The notes: generated by a model not told the origin, from the sequence alone. A stretch of 64,000 bases of DNA from Camelus ferus (GCF_009834535.1 NC_045697.1:55554001-55618000), one strand, 5' to 3'. Shown: positions 41,431 to 55,200, numbered from the stretch's first letter. Program-made: numbers and translations.

Positions 41431-42270
41431 ATCATAAGAACTTATAATGCTATATTAAGCATTTAAAATCATTTAAGTATAGTGACAGTACTTGGTAATT
41501 AGATAAAAATACCCAACAAAATTAAAGTGGAATTTTCATGTTACTATTTTATGGCATAACATTTATTTCGCCATTATACTCAGTCCTAAAATTCCCCTTT
41601 TTAGGTTGGAGATTTACTTTTATTTAAGAGAAACAGAGAATTGAGTTGTGACACAAATGGTAAAATTTTTAAAACAAGTTTAAGCTGTAACTTCTTATGA
41701 CTCCAAATTTAATATGTGATAAAAATAATCATTCTAGATTATTTTCATTGTAAAGTAGGTGCTCAAATATTTATTTTTATTTCAAAGCACTTTATAGTGC
41801 ATTGGCTTCCAGCTACAGAATAAATGATTTTAATTATTGAAAGCCAATGACTTTATAGAAAAATAACTTAAATAAAACCTGTCAACGTATTAGTTCTAGA
41901 ACTAATTTTGGAGAAATCATGAATTATTTGAAGTCATGTTCTCTAAATTTTAGCAATGTGATTATAGAAGTGGGAAAACTGAATATATATAAGATAAATA
42001 TATTCCCTGCAATGTGATATGTATCATGATATGTTACATTGGTTAGAGTGCACTTTAAGAGTAGTCCAATCATGTAATCTTCTTTGACCTAATATGATTA
42101 ATTGCATATTCTCGGATAAATCCATCTACCTTCAGATTTTAAGGTTTATCAATTTTTAAAAGAGAAAACAACAGATTTTTAATTTGTGTGGTATTCTAAG
42201 ATTTCCAGCATGGTTATAAAATTATCTCAGATGTTAAAATTACCTTGGGTATTTGTTTTCATACTATGTA

Positions 42271-42823
42271 TGTATTAGACTTACATTTCTGCATAACAAA
42301 TTACAAAAACATAAGAACTAAAAATAACACCCCTCTATTAGCTCAGAAGACTGTAGGTGAGAATTCCAGCATGGTATGGTGGAATTCTCTGCTGTGAGTC
42401 TCACAAGGGTGAAATATTAGAGTCAACTGGGCTATGTTCTTAGGTGCAGGTTATGGGGAAAAAAATCCACTTCCATTGTTGGCAGAATTCAGTTCCTTGT
42501 GATTATAAAACTGAGGTCCCTAGGTCCTTGCTACATGGTACTTCACCATCTAAACACTAATGGTCAATCAGATCTTTCACGTGTTTCAAATCTCTGACTT
42601 CTGCTGCTGCTAGCTGGAGGAAGCTCTTTGTTTTTAAAGGCCTTTTGAGATTAGGTCAGTCCTCCCCATACAATCTAAAAGGCCAACTGGGCCATATAAC
42701 ACAACTTAATCATGGTAGTGAGATCGATTATACAAACTCACTTTCCTGGAGATTACACAATGGATTGTATACCAGGCAGGGATGGAAAATCTTCAAGGAC
42801 ACCTTAATATTCTTCCTACCACA
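42271..42823 (-). mobile_element. MaLR LTR (MLT1E/F/G-like)
   Basis: tgtattag...gcataacaaattac at one end, ttgttggcagaattcagttccttgtg internally and cttcctaccaca at the other end. Confidence 0.8.
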
Positions 42824-42842
42824 ATGAAAAATGATAATTTCT

Positions 42843-42962
42843 TTACTATTTATAAGTTTGTGTTCCTAAACTTCCCCCAATTCCTCTACCCCCGGCCCCG
42901 AGTAACCACATACCGTGCACTTTAAACTTACACAATGTTATATGTCGAAGTATCTCAACTTA
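42843..42962 (+). mobile_element. Very short L1 3'-end insertion with inverted 5' half
   Basis: Antisense L1 3'UTR piece (about 42843-42910) joined to a sense L1 terminus (aaacttacacaatgttatatgtc...tatctcaa). Flanked by aaaaatgataatttct / aaaaataacaatttct (14 of 16 identical). Confidence 0.7.
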
Positions 42963-43737
42963 AAAAATAACAATTTCTCAATCTCAAAATGGCTCTTGCT
43001 GCTTTTCCTGATCCAGACATGAAGACTAAATAAGGCATACATTTTTTTCCCTGAAATGATCATTTATACCACTGTAATGACATTCCTACTGAGAGGTGAT
43101 CCTTTTATTGCTGTATTAGTAGCGATAAACAAATAGTTTAACAAAAGTTTCTCTTAAATGTTTACTTTACTATAAAATGGATTTACTACCAGATAAGATT
43201 CTTATCTGAACAAATACCTCTAAAGTTAACTTTAGAGTTAAGATTTAGGGTGAAGATTCTACACTTCAGAGTTCTTAAATCACATCTTTAATCTAGTTTC
43301 CCTTAGGGCTTGGTTGAAAGAAAAACAGATTATTGTAGAATAGAGTGGCTACTAGTCTTTTCAATTTCTTCACCAAATCTCTGATTGAGATAACCATTTT
43401 CATTTATCTAATTATCAACTCATCTTGCATCATACAGGGATATGTTTTATTTATATTTTTACCTTTTTTTGAATTAGTGAATTACACATTTCACAGAATT
43501 GAAGGAGTTATGAAATAACATGAAACATAAAAGAGATTGATTTTATGATGTTGATTATGTCTAAAGTACAAAGAAGTTAAACTAGAGGACTAACTTGCTC
43601 TCTTAAAAATAAATTAACAGAAATATCTAATATAAACTCACTGAAAGGGTGGGGTAAAAAAATGGCCTAGGTAACTATGTAAAATGGTGTTATTAATGGA
43701 TAAAAAAGAATTATACATAAATACTGTAACTCTATTT

Positions 43738-43875
43738 CAGGTGTTAGCAAACTGTCTTGTGAACTAAATCTAGCCACTACCTTTGTTTATATGGCCGGCA
43801 AGCTAAGAATGGTTTTACAGTTTAAAATGTAAAATGTAAATCTAGCTCCTTCCAGAAAAAGTTAACCAACCCCTA
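43738..43875. mobile_element. hAT-Charlie MITE remnant (MER58-like), internally deleted
   Basis: Degenerate TIRs caggtgttagcaaact...aaagttaaccaacccct and internal gcaagctaagaatggtttta. Confidence 0.7.
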
Positions 43876-44369
43876 TCCCAGCTTATAATTTTTTATTTTT
43901 ACACATAGAGATATGGGTTACCAACTCTGAAATTATTTCGTATTATATCCAAGACTGAAAAAATAAGTATATAATTTTTAGAAATTATAGATAATGGGAG
44001 CCAGGTTTTTCACCATCAGACAAGGAATAGGAGGAAGGGGATGAACCTCTTGGTGCTGGATTAGAATTGAGGATCTGTATGAACTCACGTTTATTTTAGT
44101 ATAGAGAGATGACAGATCAGAAAGGTTAACAGAGTGACAGATGACAGATGGAGAAAGGCAATATAGATACGTGTGATACAGATGGCTGTGTGTGTGTGTG
44201 CACATTAGTATATACAGCTTTATTTGCTTGCTCTGTCAGTGAGAGGATCTAGAAGTGATGACACTCAGGTAACGAGTATACCCATTCCTAGATCTTAACT
44301 CTCCCAGTACTATTATGCATTACAATAAACTCGGACATGGGGCAAGGAAAATACAAGATTTTAAGTAAG

Positions 44370-45595
44370 AAAAAGCTCTTCGACACTGGTCTTGGCATTA
44401 ATTTTTTGAATATGACACCAAAAGCACAAAAAACAAAAGCAAAAAAATCAATACATGGGACTACATTAAACTGAAAAGCTTCCGTACAACATAAGAAACA
44501 ATCAACAAAATGAAAAAGCAACCTACGTAATAAGAAAAATAACATTTACAAGCCATGTATTAGCTAAGGGGTTAATATCCAAAAAGTATTTTAAAACTCA
44601 TACAACTTGATAACAAAAAACAAACAACCTGATTGAAAAAATGGGCAGAGGAATTCAACAGACTTGGAAAACCAAAGAAGACATCCAAATGTCCAACATG
44701 TACATGCAAAGAAGCTCAAAATTCCTAATTATCAGGAAAATGCAAATCAACACCACAATGTGATATCATCTCACACCTGTTAAGATGGCAATCATTGAGA
44801 AGATGATAGTAAGTTATCAGTGAGAATGTGGAAAAAGGGAACCCTGAACACTGTCGGTGGGAACATAAATTGGTTCAGTCATATGGAAAACAGTATGGCA
44901 GTTTCTAAAAAACTAAAAGCAGCACTATCATATGTCCCTACAATTCCATTTCTGGGTATATAGTCAAAGGAAATAAAAACAGGGAATTGAAGAGGTTTGT
45001 GCATCTCCATGTTTATGATATAGAAACACACTAAGTGCACACCAATAGTTGAATAGATAAAAAATATGACATGTATACACACATGCTACAGTTGAATATT
45101 ACTCAAGAAAGAAATCTTGCCAGTGACAACAATGATAGGTCATTAGGACATTATTCTAAGTAAGATAAGTCAGGCAGACAAGTACTGAATTTCCACTAAT
45201 ATGCAGAATTAAAAAAAAAAAAACCTCACTAAAAAAAAAAAGTAAAATGGTAGTTACCAGTGACTTGGGGATGGGGAAATAGGAGAGATATTGTTTAAGG
45301 TTACAAACTTGCAACTAGTAGATAAATTCAGTCCTCGAGATCTCATGCACACTATGATTATAGGTAATAATACTGTACTGTAAATATCAAACTTGCTAAC
45401 AGCCTATAACTTAATTATTCTGACCAGAAAAAGAGAAATGATAATTATATGATGTGATAGAGGGACTAGTTAACACTACAATGACAACCCTACTCTAATA
45501 TATAAATATATCATAATCAACATGTTGTCTACCTTAAACCTATGCAATGTTATGTGAAATATGCTCCAATAAAACAAAAGAAAGAAAACAAACAA
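44370..45595 (+). mobile_element. 5'-truncated L1 (ORF2 end plus 3'UTR, L1MA9-like) nested in L1MC
   Basis: atgggactacattaaactgaaaagcttc; atgcaaatcaacaccacaatg; 3'UTR ending AATAAA (45568-45573) and an A-rich tail. Confidence 0.88.
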
Positions 45596-48520
45596 GTAAA
45601 TGTAATGGGATAGGTTAAATGGACATAGGGGCCAACACGAGAGACCTCTTACTTGTCAAACTTGGAGAAATTTGAGCAAAAATATAAATAACAACAGTGT
45701 TATAGAACTCAAATAGAATAAACAGATGTGATACCATACTGATACAAAATAATGACTAAACATAAATGGGGACTTTTTATAATTAAAAATAAATGTATGA
45801 CTGAAACATTATGCTGTACACCAGAAACTGACACAGAATTGTAAACTGACTATAATTAAAAAGAAGAAAACTGGTACAAACATACACACAAAATATGAAT
45901 GAATGAATGAATGAATGAATGAATAAATAAATAAATAAAATGGGGAGAAGGGACAACTCAGCCTTACAGAATATAAAATAGTATATTCTGATGCTCTCTC
46001 CTCTAGGAGGTGTCATTTAATACCTTCCCTCCCCCACATCCCTCCACCAGTATGGGACAGATAAACTTAGTGACTCAACTCTGTAGAACAGAGTATGGAA
46101 AAAAAAAAATAGTAACTTTTTTACAGTGGAGAGTACAGGCAAACCCTACCTTAACCAGTCAAGTTTAGTATCACCAGTAAAGTCACATTGATATCATGAG
46201 TTCCCCAACATGATGTGATGAGAATGGCACTTCACTTTTGCGGTCTTTATCCTCAAACCCATACCCCTTGTCTAATCATGAGAAAACATCAGACAAAGCA
46301 TTTTTAGGATTTTCCACAAAATACCTGACCAATACTCTTCAAAAGTGTCAAGGTCATAAAAAAATTTTAAAAATTAAGGCACTATCTCAGGTTAGAGAGA
46401 TTAAGGAGACATAATAACAAATTGCAACGTGGTATCCTGGATTGGATGCAGTAACAGAAAAAGGATATTGGTGGAGAAACTGTTGGGATTCAAAGAAAAT
46501 TTGTAGTTTAATGCTGCAATAATATTAACTTCTTAGTTTTGATAAATGCACTGTGATTATGTAAAATAAAATTAGAAGAAGCTGAATGGAGGGAATATAG
46601 GAACTGCATATATTATCTTTGACTTTATTCTGCAAATCTAGAATCACTTCCAAATGCTTGTTAATCAGTTAAAATGAATGAATTTATAAGGACTATTTTT
46701 CCAATCATTATTTTTTGTCATAATTTGATATCTTTACCCACATCTTCCCATATAACATGTAATCTGAGCATTAAACTGAATTTACAAAAAACTAATGATC
46801 TTTATTTCACTCTAAGGGCAGTGATACTCTGAACTGATACAGGAGGCACTGTGGAATTAACAAAAAAGGTTGTCTTTATTTAAGAGTAAAATAATTTTGC
46901 TTTACAAAGAGAACACATATATATGCCATACAGTGACTCATAATTGTATTCAGTATTGACAAAAATCCATTAGCACACTGGCATTTAGGTACAGTCCATA
47001 AAATCTCCTAACTTTCATTTCTTTGATTGATGGGTTTTTAGAAAAAATAAATGTTTTGCTAATACCAGACTGACTGTCATGTTTGATATTGGTTCACTGA
47101 GAAGGTATTTCCACATTCTAGACCATGAAAAAGAAAATTTGTTTTGTACTAAAATTATGTTAGAAACCTTGAAAGGTTCAGAAGCTCATTTCAGATAAAC
47201 TCTTAGACCTTATACAGACATGATATGCTACAGCTACAAAATTGAGCTGAAAATTTCCTAAGTACATGGTTTCTGACAAGATTGCTAGAACCATGTCTTT
47301 TTTTCTTCTAGCAAGGCTTGCAAATAAAACAACCTTACATCTAGAAGTCAGTAACTCCAGGGGCAGTATTAAAGGCAGGTATTTCATACGCTTGAGGATT
47401 CATGAGCCTCTTATCCTTGCTAAAACTCTATAACCCATTGCCCTGATTAAAGTTAGAGGTCAAAAATAAAACAGGGACCGAAGTCACTAAGCATACTTTT
47501 CTTTCTTAGTTTCTATTTTTCTCAATTTTTGATCAGTAAGTCATAAAGGTAAGAACATGTTAGAAGTGAAAAGACTTAACACTAAAAAACTGAAAATTTT
47601 TACTTCTGGAGACATGGTACTACTTTGTAATATTTCCAACTCTTCTTCTGACTTGATAATTACATTAAATTACACATATACAAATACAGAAAATTTTCTG
47701 AAAAGTGTAAAACTTCAGATCGAGTTGGTAAACTTCAAACAAGAAACATGATTTTGGGCTTGATTATGAGAAGCTGTCTGGCACCTACACAATCTATTAC
47801 ATTTCCTCCAATTTTAACACAATTCTTGCTTTCCATTTCATCTGTACTGCTCTGCCTGCTCTCCCTCTTTCTCCTGGGAAATATATTCAAATTCCTCTTC
47901 CTACTGATTGTAATTCTACCTAACATTTTCTCTTAGCTTTTCTTTAGGACTGGAACTCTTCTATACCAATGCATCTTGGCTTTTTCCCTTCTTCTTTTTG
48001 CTGACGTCATCCAAGCAGTTTCTAAGAGATATTTCTTTCATAATTAATGACTTGGCAATATTTTACTTTTTATGCTTATCATGACATCATCTTTGTGTAC
48101 TGTGTACTTAAGAACACTGACGCTTATCTTATAAATGCACAGGAAAACCTTCCTGGCTGAAGAAATGCTTTGGCTAATATTGAGATTTTTAAATGTTTGT
48201 AGTTCTGTTCCAGGAAACAGAATTCTTCTAAATACACAGAACAGTGATGTAAATGTTTCTTATCTTAATCAGGGCATTTGTTTCTCTGTTCTCACAATTC
48301 TGCTTGTATCTTCTATACTAGAACTTGCTAATTTCTGTGATTTTTTTCAGAGAAAAATTTAAGAGTTTTATGCTGTTCTGATTATGTGATGGTGATTGAG
48401 TGTTACAGCTTTAAGTGTTACGGGGTTAACTGTTAAGAAATTCATTAGAAAGGTTTACTACTTTAATTTTCCCATCCTAGCTTGACCAATAAGTCTCCTC
48501 ATATTTAAAATGTCTCCAAA

Positions 48521-49780
48521 CAAATCATAATAAAATTTATATGGAACCATCAAAGACCTAGAATTGCCAAAGCATTACTGAAGAGAAAGAAAGAGGCTGG
48601 AGGAATAACTCTCCCAGACTTCAGACAATACTATAGAGCTACAGTCATCAAGACAGCATGGTATTGGTACCAAAACAGACATATAGACCAATGGAACAGA
48701 ATAGAGAGCCCAGAAATGAACCCACAAACGTTTGGTCAACTAATCTTCGACAAAGAAGGCAAGAATATACAATGGAATAAAGACAGTCTCCTCAGCAAAT
48801 GGTGTTGGGAAAACTGGACAGCAGCATGTAAAGCAATGAAACTAGAACATTCCCTTACACCATATACAAAAATCAACTCAAAATGGATCAAAGACTTAAA
48901 CATAAGACAAGATACAATAAACCTCCTAGAGGAAAACATAGGTAAAACATTATCTGACATACATCTCAAAAATTTTCTCCTAGAAGAAATAAAAGCAAGA
49001 ATAAACAAATGGGACCTAATGAAACTTACAAGCTTCTGCACAGCAAAGGAAACCAGAAGTAAAACAAGAAGACAACCTACGGAATGGGAGAAAATTTTTG
49101 CAAGTGAAACCGACAAAGGCTTGATCTCCAGAATATATAAGCAGCTCATACGACTTAACTAGGAACAACCAAACAACCCAATCCAAAAATGGGCAGAAGA
49201 CCTAAACAAGCAATTCTCCAAGGAAGACATACAAATGATCAATAGGCACATGAAAAAATGCTCAATATCACTATCAGAGAAATGCAAATCAAAACTATAA
49301 TGAGGTATCACCTCACACCAGTCAGAATGGCCGTCATTCAAAAATCCACAAATGACAAATGCTGGAGAGGCTGTGGAGAAAAGGGAACCCTCCTACACTG
49401 CTGGTGGGAATGCAGTTTGGTGCAGCCACTATGGAAAACAGTGTGGAGATTCCTCAAAAGACTAGGAGTAGACTTACCATATGACCCAGGAATTGTATCC
49501 AGAAGGAACCCTACTTCAGGATGACACCTGCACCCCAATGTTTATAGCAGCACTATTTACAATAGCCAAAACATGGAAACAGCCTAAATGTCCATCAACA
49601 GGTGACTGGATAAAGAAGAGGTGGTATATTTATACAATGGAATACTACTCAGCCATAAAAACCGACAACATAATGCCATTTGCAGCAACATGGATGCTTC
49701 TGGAGAATGTCATTCTAAGTGAAGTAAGCCAGAAGGAGAAAGAAAAATACCATATGAGATCGCTCATATGTGGAATCTAA
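48521..49780 (+). pseudogene. L1 ORF2p C-terminal portion (disrupted)
   Basis: Fragments 48716-49162, 49258-49524 and 49481-49780 give [25 protein letters not shown] (CCHC region) and [22 protein letters not shown], separated by a stop and small frameshifting deletions. Confidence 0.92.
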
Positions 49781-50102
49781 AAAACAAAACCAAAAACAAA
49801 CAAACAAAAACAAAGCATAAATACAGGACAGAAATAGACTGACAGACAGAGAATACAGACTTGTGGTTGCCAGGGGGTTGGAGGGTGGGAAGGGATAGCC
49901 TGGGATTTCAAAATTGTAGAATAGATAAACAAGATTATACTGTATAGCACAGGGAAATATACACAAAATGTTATGATAACTCACAGAGAAAAAAATGTGA
50001 CAATGAGTGTGTATATGTCTATCAATGACTGAAAAATTGTGCTGAACACTGGAATTTGACACAACATTGTAAAATGATTATAAATCAATAAAAAATGTTA
50101 AA
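48521..50102 (+). mobile_element. Young 5'-truncated camelid-type L1 with perfect TSD
   Basis: 14-bp TSD AAAATGTCTCCAAA (48507-48520, 50103-50116) at a TT|AAAA site; well-preserved ORF2 C-terminal peptides; AATAAA and a short A tail. Confidence 0.97.
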
Positions 50103-50239
50103 AAAATGTCTCCAAAGGACTGGAATTTACCCAAATTCATATTTTAGGGGGTAATATAATAAAAATTAAAATATAGTGCTTGTTCTATAGAAATGTGGAG
50201 AAGCAAATGGAGTAGTGTCAGACCTGGATCAGACTGATT

Positions 50240-51990
50240 ATTTCCAGCATGATATTGATACAGCGGCTACCATATTACATTCTCTTGAATACTTACCACT
50301 CAGTAACAAGAAAAATGGTGAAGAATTTTAGCATATTCATATCAATTTTCTAAGTGTATCTACAACTTTGGATCTGACATTTATCCTAAGAATAGTCGTT
50401 GAATAATTTAAAATTTAAATAAAGTCATGTAAAGTGATTTCTTCTTCCATGATGACAATAGAGTAACAATATTGTTACAAATAATTTAAAAAGTTAGATA
50501 CCATTTTTTAAAAAAAGTTTTTGGTGGAAGCAGAGAAGTATGGAGTTAACATTTAAAGGACCAAAATCACAGAGAGAAGGGACCTGGCAAGAGATGATGC
50601 AATATTCTGTAGCCACTTTCCCCCTTAGTACCACTGCTATTATTTACTCTTGCTTGAAAAGGCCAAGAATCTAGAGAGTGAGTTAAGGCAGAGGGCTTTC
50701 AGCTAAGAAGCAGAATGTTGACACTTTCAAGAGCAGAGTGATATAAATTTAAGTTCTGGCTGCCAAAGTAGTCGGGAAATTGCTTGGGATGGGTGTTTAC
50801 CTTATAAGAAGGAAAGCCAACAAAGCGATACTGATACTCTGCCAGTTTCCACTTGAAGCATGCCAAATCCTTGAGGTGTACAGGGCAGTAGGATAAGAAG
50901 TTAATCAAGAGCCACTGATTGAGAGAGCCGAGATTTCCACAGTCTCATAGTGCTGAGGTAGAAAAAAACTGTTAGATGTTTCCAAAAGAATTTTTTTAAA
51001 AAGAGGGCCTAGAATATATCCCAGATTTCAGTTGGAAGTAGAGGTGGGCTATAGCAGTAAGAATGTATGTACTTTACTCAAAACTGTAAACCAGCTTCTA
51101 GTGAACTCAGTCCCTTTCGTTGTCCCCCCAGTCATATTACCAGAACAAAATGAGTGAAATAAAAGATTTAAAGCACAAAATTTTACTAAATATGGACAAG
51201 TGTAGATAAGACATATGAAAGAACTAAATTAGTAGCATACATGTAATTAGATTCCCATAGAGGACAAAATGTGAGAATGGGGAAGACACAGTATCATAAC
51301 AGATAATGTAAGAGACTTTTCTAAATCTGCTTATAGGTACAGATCAAGATAAAGAAGCCCTAAAAATATCAGGTAAGGTAAATAAAAAGAAAACCACAGC
51401 TAATCTATCATATTGAAACTGATAAATAAGTCATTATATTAAAATAAGGAAATAATTATATTCTCCTCACAGTACATGAAAAAATATTTGAAAAAAATAA
51501 TGAAATATTGAAAAAATATTAAATACATATTCATGATAAAAATATGAATCTCAGCAAATTGGAAGAGAACATCCTTCACATGTAAAAAAAAATCTACAAA
51601 GAATATCAACAATTATAATTAATGGTCAATTGCTAAAAGCTCTTCTCTGTAGACTAGAGCATACCCAATATAATCATTTCTGCGTGATGCATTTTGAAGT
51701 TACTGGCTAAAGTAAACAGGCAAAATAAAGACAAACAAATTGAAAAGGAAAAATCTAAAACTATCATTATTTGCAGAAATTTTAAAAATATTTTCTATCA
51801 TTTGCAGAAATTTTAAACATATCATAAAAGTAATACAAACTGAAAACTTGGGGAAATTCTAGTAAATTGTACAATTTTTTTCAAATCAGAAAACAATTAC
51901 AAAGTATTGAAAGTAAAGAGCACCTAAACAAATGAATGGGTGGGCTATGTACCTGGACTGGAAGACACAATCCCACTGAGAACATAATCT
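50240..51990 (+). mobile_element. Mosaic of old L1 fragments (5'UTR, ORF1 and ORF2 pieces)
   Basis: Degenerate landmarks such as ttcatgataaa...ctcagcaaattggaagagaac and aaactatcattatttgcaga. Confidence 0.55.
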
Positions 51991-52264
51991 TTTCTCCTTT
52001 CTTGTACATAGACAAAACGGTTGTTTATTTTAAGTTTGATAAATAATGTTCATAAAAGCCATTAAGTTCACTAATCTCACATATATAACAAATATTTTTA
52101 TATATAACACCTATTTAATCGCCACTTAGATCAAGATTTAGAATGTTTTCAGCACCCTATGTATTTTTCTCTTATACATTCCCAGTCTATAGCACTCACC
52201 AATAGTAAATCCATTCTGACTTCAAACTGTGTTTGAACTTCATAGGAATAAAACTACGCATGCT

Positions 52265-55200
52265 AAGACTCAGATCAAGATGGCAGAGTAAGAGGACATA
52301 CAACTCATCTCCCTCAACAAACAAATCAAAAATACATCTACATGTGGAATAGTTCTCACTGGAAACTGCAGAAGGACTCCTGTACAACCAAGGTTGTAAG
52401 AAAGATACACATATAACTGGGTAGGAAGGGAAGAAAAGTGATTGGGTCAGGACCTGTCCCAAAAGAGAGGGCTCAGAGGAAAAGGGAGATTACACAGGTA
52501 GACACACCCATCCTAGGGAGTGAGAAGTTCAACCCAAAGATTGGACACCGCAGTCCTGGGGTCTTATATGGGAAAGAAAAGCCCCTTGGGCAGCTGGAGG
52601 GCAGCTAAGACTAACAGAAGGGCTGGAGGAAGTCTGGACCACTTATGAAGAGTGCACACTTACAAGACTGTCCCCAAGGAAGGACAAAAAGAAGTCTGCT
52701 CCAGTGGCTGCTGGCTTCCTATGACTGCCTTGCCATGCACCCAGCCCAAGCTGAGTGAGTGCTCCAGCCTTGCTCACTCCAAGTCACCATGCAGCACTGG
52801 ATCTAGGGTGGTTAAGATCAGGGAAAAGACTTGACCTCTGGATACAGAAGTGACCCAATCCCAGAGCTGTGCCTGGATAGGATGGCAGTGGCCACTATTG
52901 ATGCTTACTCAAGCAGCACCTCAGAAGAAGCCCAGATCCCTCATGGCAGACACTCCAACACAGCTCACCCTGCTACCACCAATATAAACCAAGATGTCAC
53001 ACAGATCCTGCCTGCCCCACAGAGTGATTTCACAGCAGGGCAGGGGCAACAGAGGCTGGAGGCACTGATCAACATTAAGGAACAAAGTGGACTTGCACCC
53101 AAGGCTGCATAAGTGATCTGGAAGATAGAACAATGGAAATTACCCAATGAGAGCAACAAAAAGAAAAACAAAATTTTAAGAAAATGAAAATTATTTAAGA
53201 GATCTTAGGGATAATAAATAAATATTAATAAAATTGAATTTGTAATAAAAATCTCTCAGCAAACAAAAGCCCAGGATCAGATTGCTTCACAGGGGAATTC
53301 TACCAAAAATATAAAGAGGAACTAATACCTATCCTTTTCAAACTATTTCAAAATATTGAACAGAGGGGAAAACTCCCAATTTCATCCTACAAGGTCACCA
53401 TTACCCTGATGCCAAAACCAGACAAAGATACTATAAAAAAAGAAAACTACAGTCCAATATCTTTTAATATAGATACAAAAATCCTCAAAATATTAGCAAA
53501 CTGACTCCAATAATATGGAAAACAAATCATAAGTCATTTTATATATTCCAGGGGATAGTGGGATTTACTCCAGGGACATAAGCATGATTCAGTATTTGCA
53601 AATAAATCAATATGATACGCCTCATTAACAAAAGGAAGGATAAAAGCCACATGATCATCTCAGTAGATATAGCAAAAGCATTTGAAAAAATTCAATACCC
53701 ACTCATGATAAAAACACTCTAAGTGGGTATAGAGGGAACATGTCTCAACATAATAAAGGTCATTTATAACAAATACACAGCTAACATCATATGCAATGGA
53801 TCCTCTAAATTTAGGAACATGAGAAAGATGCCCACACTTGCCATTTCTATTTAACAAAGGATTTGAAGTCCTAACCAAGCAATCAAGAAAAAGAAATGAA
53901 AGGTATCCAAATTGGAAGAGAAGTAAAACTGTCACTACTTGCAGATAACATGATACTTTATGTAAAAAACCCTAAAATCTCTACCCCAAAACTATTAGAA
54001 TAAATGAATTCAGCAACATTGCAAGATATAAGATTAATATATAGAAATCTGCTGCTTTTCTATACACCAATAAGAAACTATCAGGAAGAGAAAAAGTTAA
54101 AAAAATCATTTAAAATCAGACCAAAAAGAGTAAAAAACCTAGAAATAAACTTAACCAAGGAGGTAAAAAACCTACACCCTGAAAACTATAAAACAATGAT
54201 GAAGGAAATTGAAGATAATACAAAGAAATTAAGAGCTATTCCACATTCTTGGATTGGAGGAATTAATATTGTTAAAGTGGCCATACACCAAAACCTATCT
54301 ACAGATTTAATGTAGTCTCTATCAGTGTCTGTGATATTTTTCACAGAATGAGAACAAATACTCAAATCTAAAAGCAACCAACCAGAAAAGACCCTAAATT
54401 GCCAAATCAATCTTGAGAAAAAAGAATAAAGCTGGAGGTATCATGCTCCTTGACTTCAGACTATTCTACAAAGCTACAGTAATCAAAGCAGCATGGTACT
54501 GGCAAAAAAAACACCCCAAAACCCCAGACATATAGATCAATGGAAGATAACAGACAGCCCAGAAATAAACCCACACAACTAGTCAACTGATCTGTGACAA
54601 ACGACACAAGGACATACAATGGAGAAAAGACAGTTTCTTCAATAAGTGGTGCTGGGGAAACTGGACAGCTCCAAGTAAAAGAATGAGATTAGAATATTTC
54701 CTCACATCATACATAAAATTAAACTCAACTGAATTAAAAATCTAAATATAAGACCTGAAACCATAAAACTCTTGAAAAGAACATAGAACACTCTTTGACA
54801 TAAATCATAGCAATGTTTTTTGGATCAATCTCATAAGTCAAAAGAAATACATGAAAAAACAAGCAACTGGGACATAATTAAACTTATAAGCTTTTGCATA
54901 GCAACAGAATGGGAGAAATTATTTGCAAATGATACAACTGACAAGGGAATAATATCCAAAATATATAAGTAACTTATATAACTCCATGTCAAAAAATAAA
55001 CAACCCAATCAGGAAATGAGAAGACATGAATAGACATTCTTCCAAAGAAGAAATTCAGTGGGCTAACAGGCAAATGAAAAGATACTCAACATCATTAATT
55101 ATTAGAGAAATGCAAATCAAAACAATGAGATACCACCCCACACCTGTCAGAATGGCTATCATCAATAAGTTTGCCAATAATAAATGTTGGAGAGGATGTG

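Larger units (their letters stand above)
43605..46640 (+). mobile_element. L1MC3/4-like long 3'UTR, interrupted by younger insertions
   Basis: ataaactcactgaaagggtgggg; cacattgatatcatg...tgatgtgatgagaatggcacttcac; atcctggattggat; gaaaacatcagacaaa are L1MC 3'UTR landmarks. A short L1 tail lies near 45790-45870 and (GAAT)n(AAAT)n near 45895-45939. Confidence 0.75.

Noticed and set aside
47382..47425. Possible 30-nt minus-strand micro-exon (ttttag...gtatga)
   Set aside because: Poor polypyrimidine tract and weak donor; consistent with chance.
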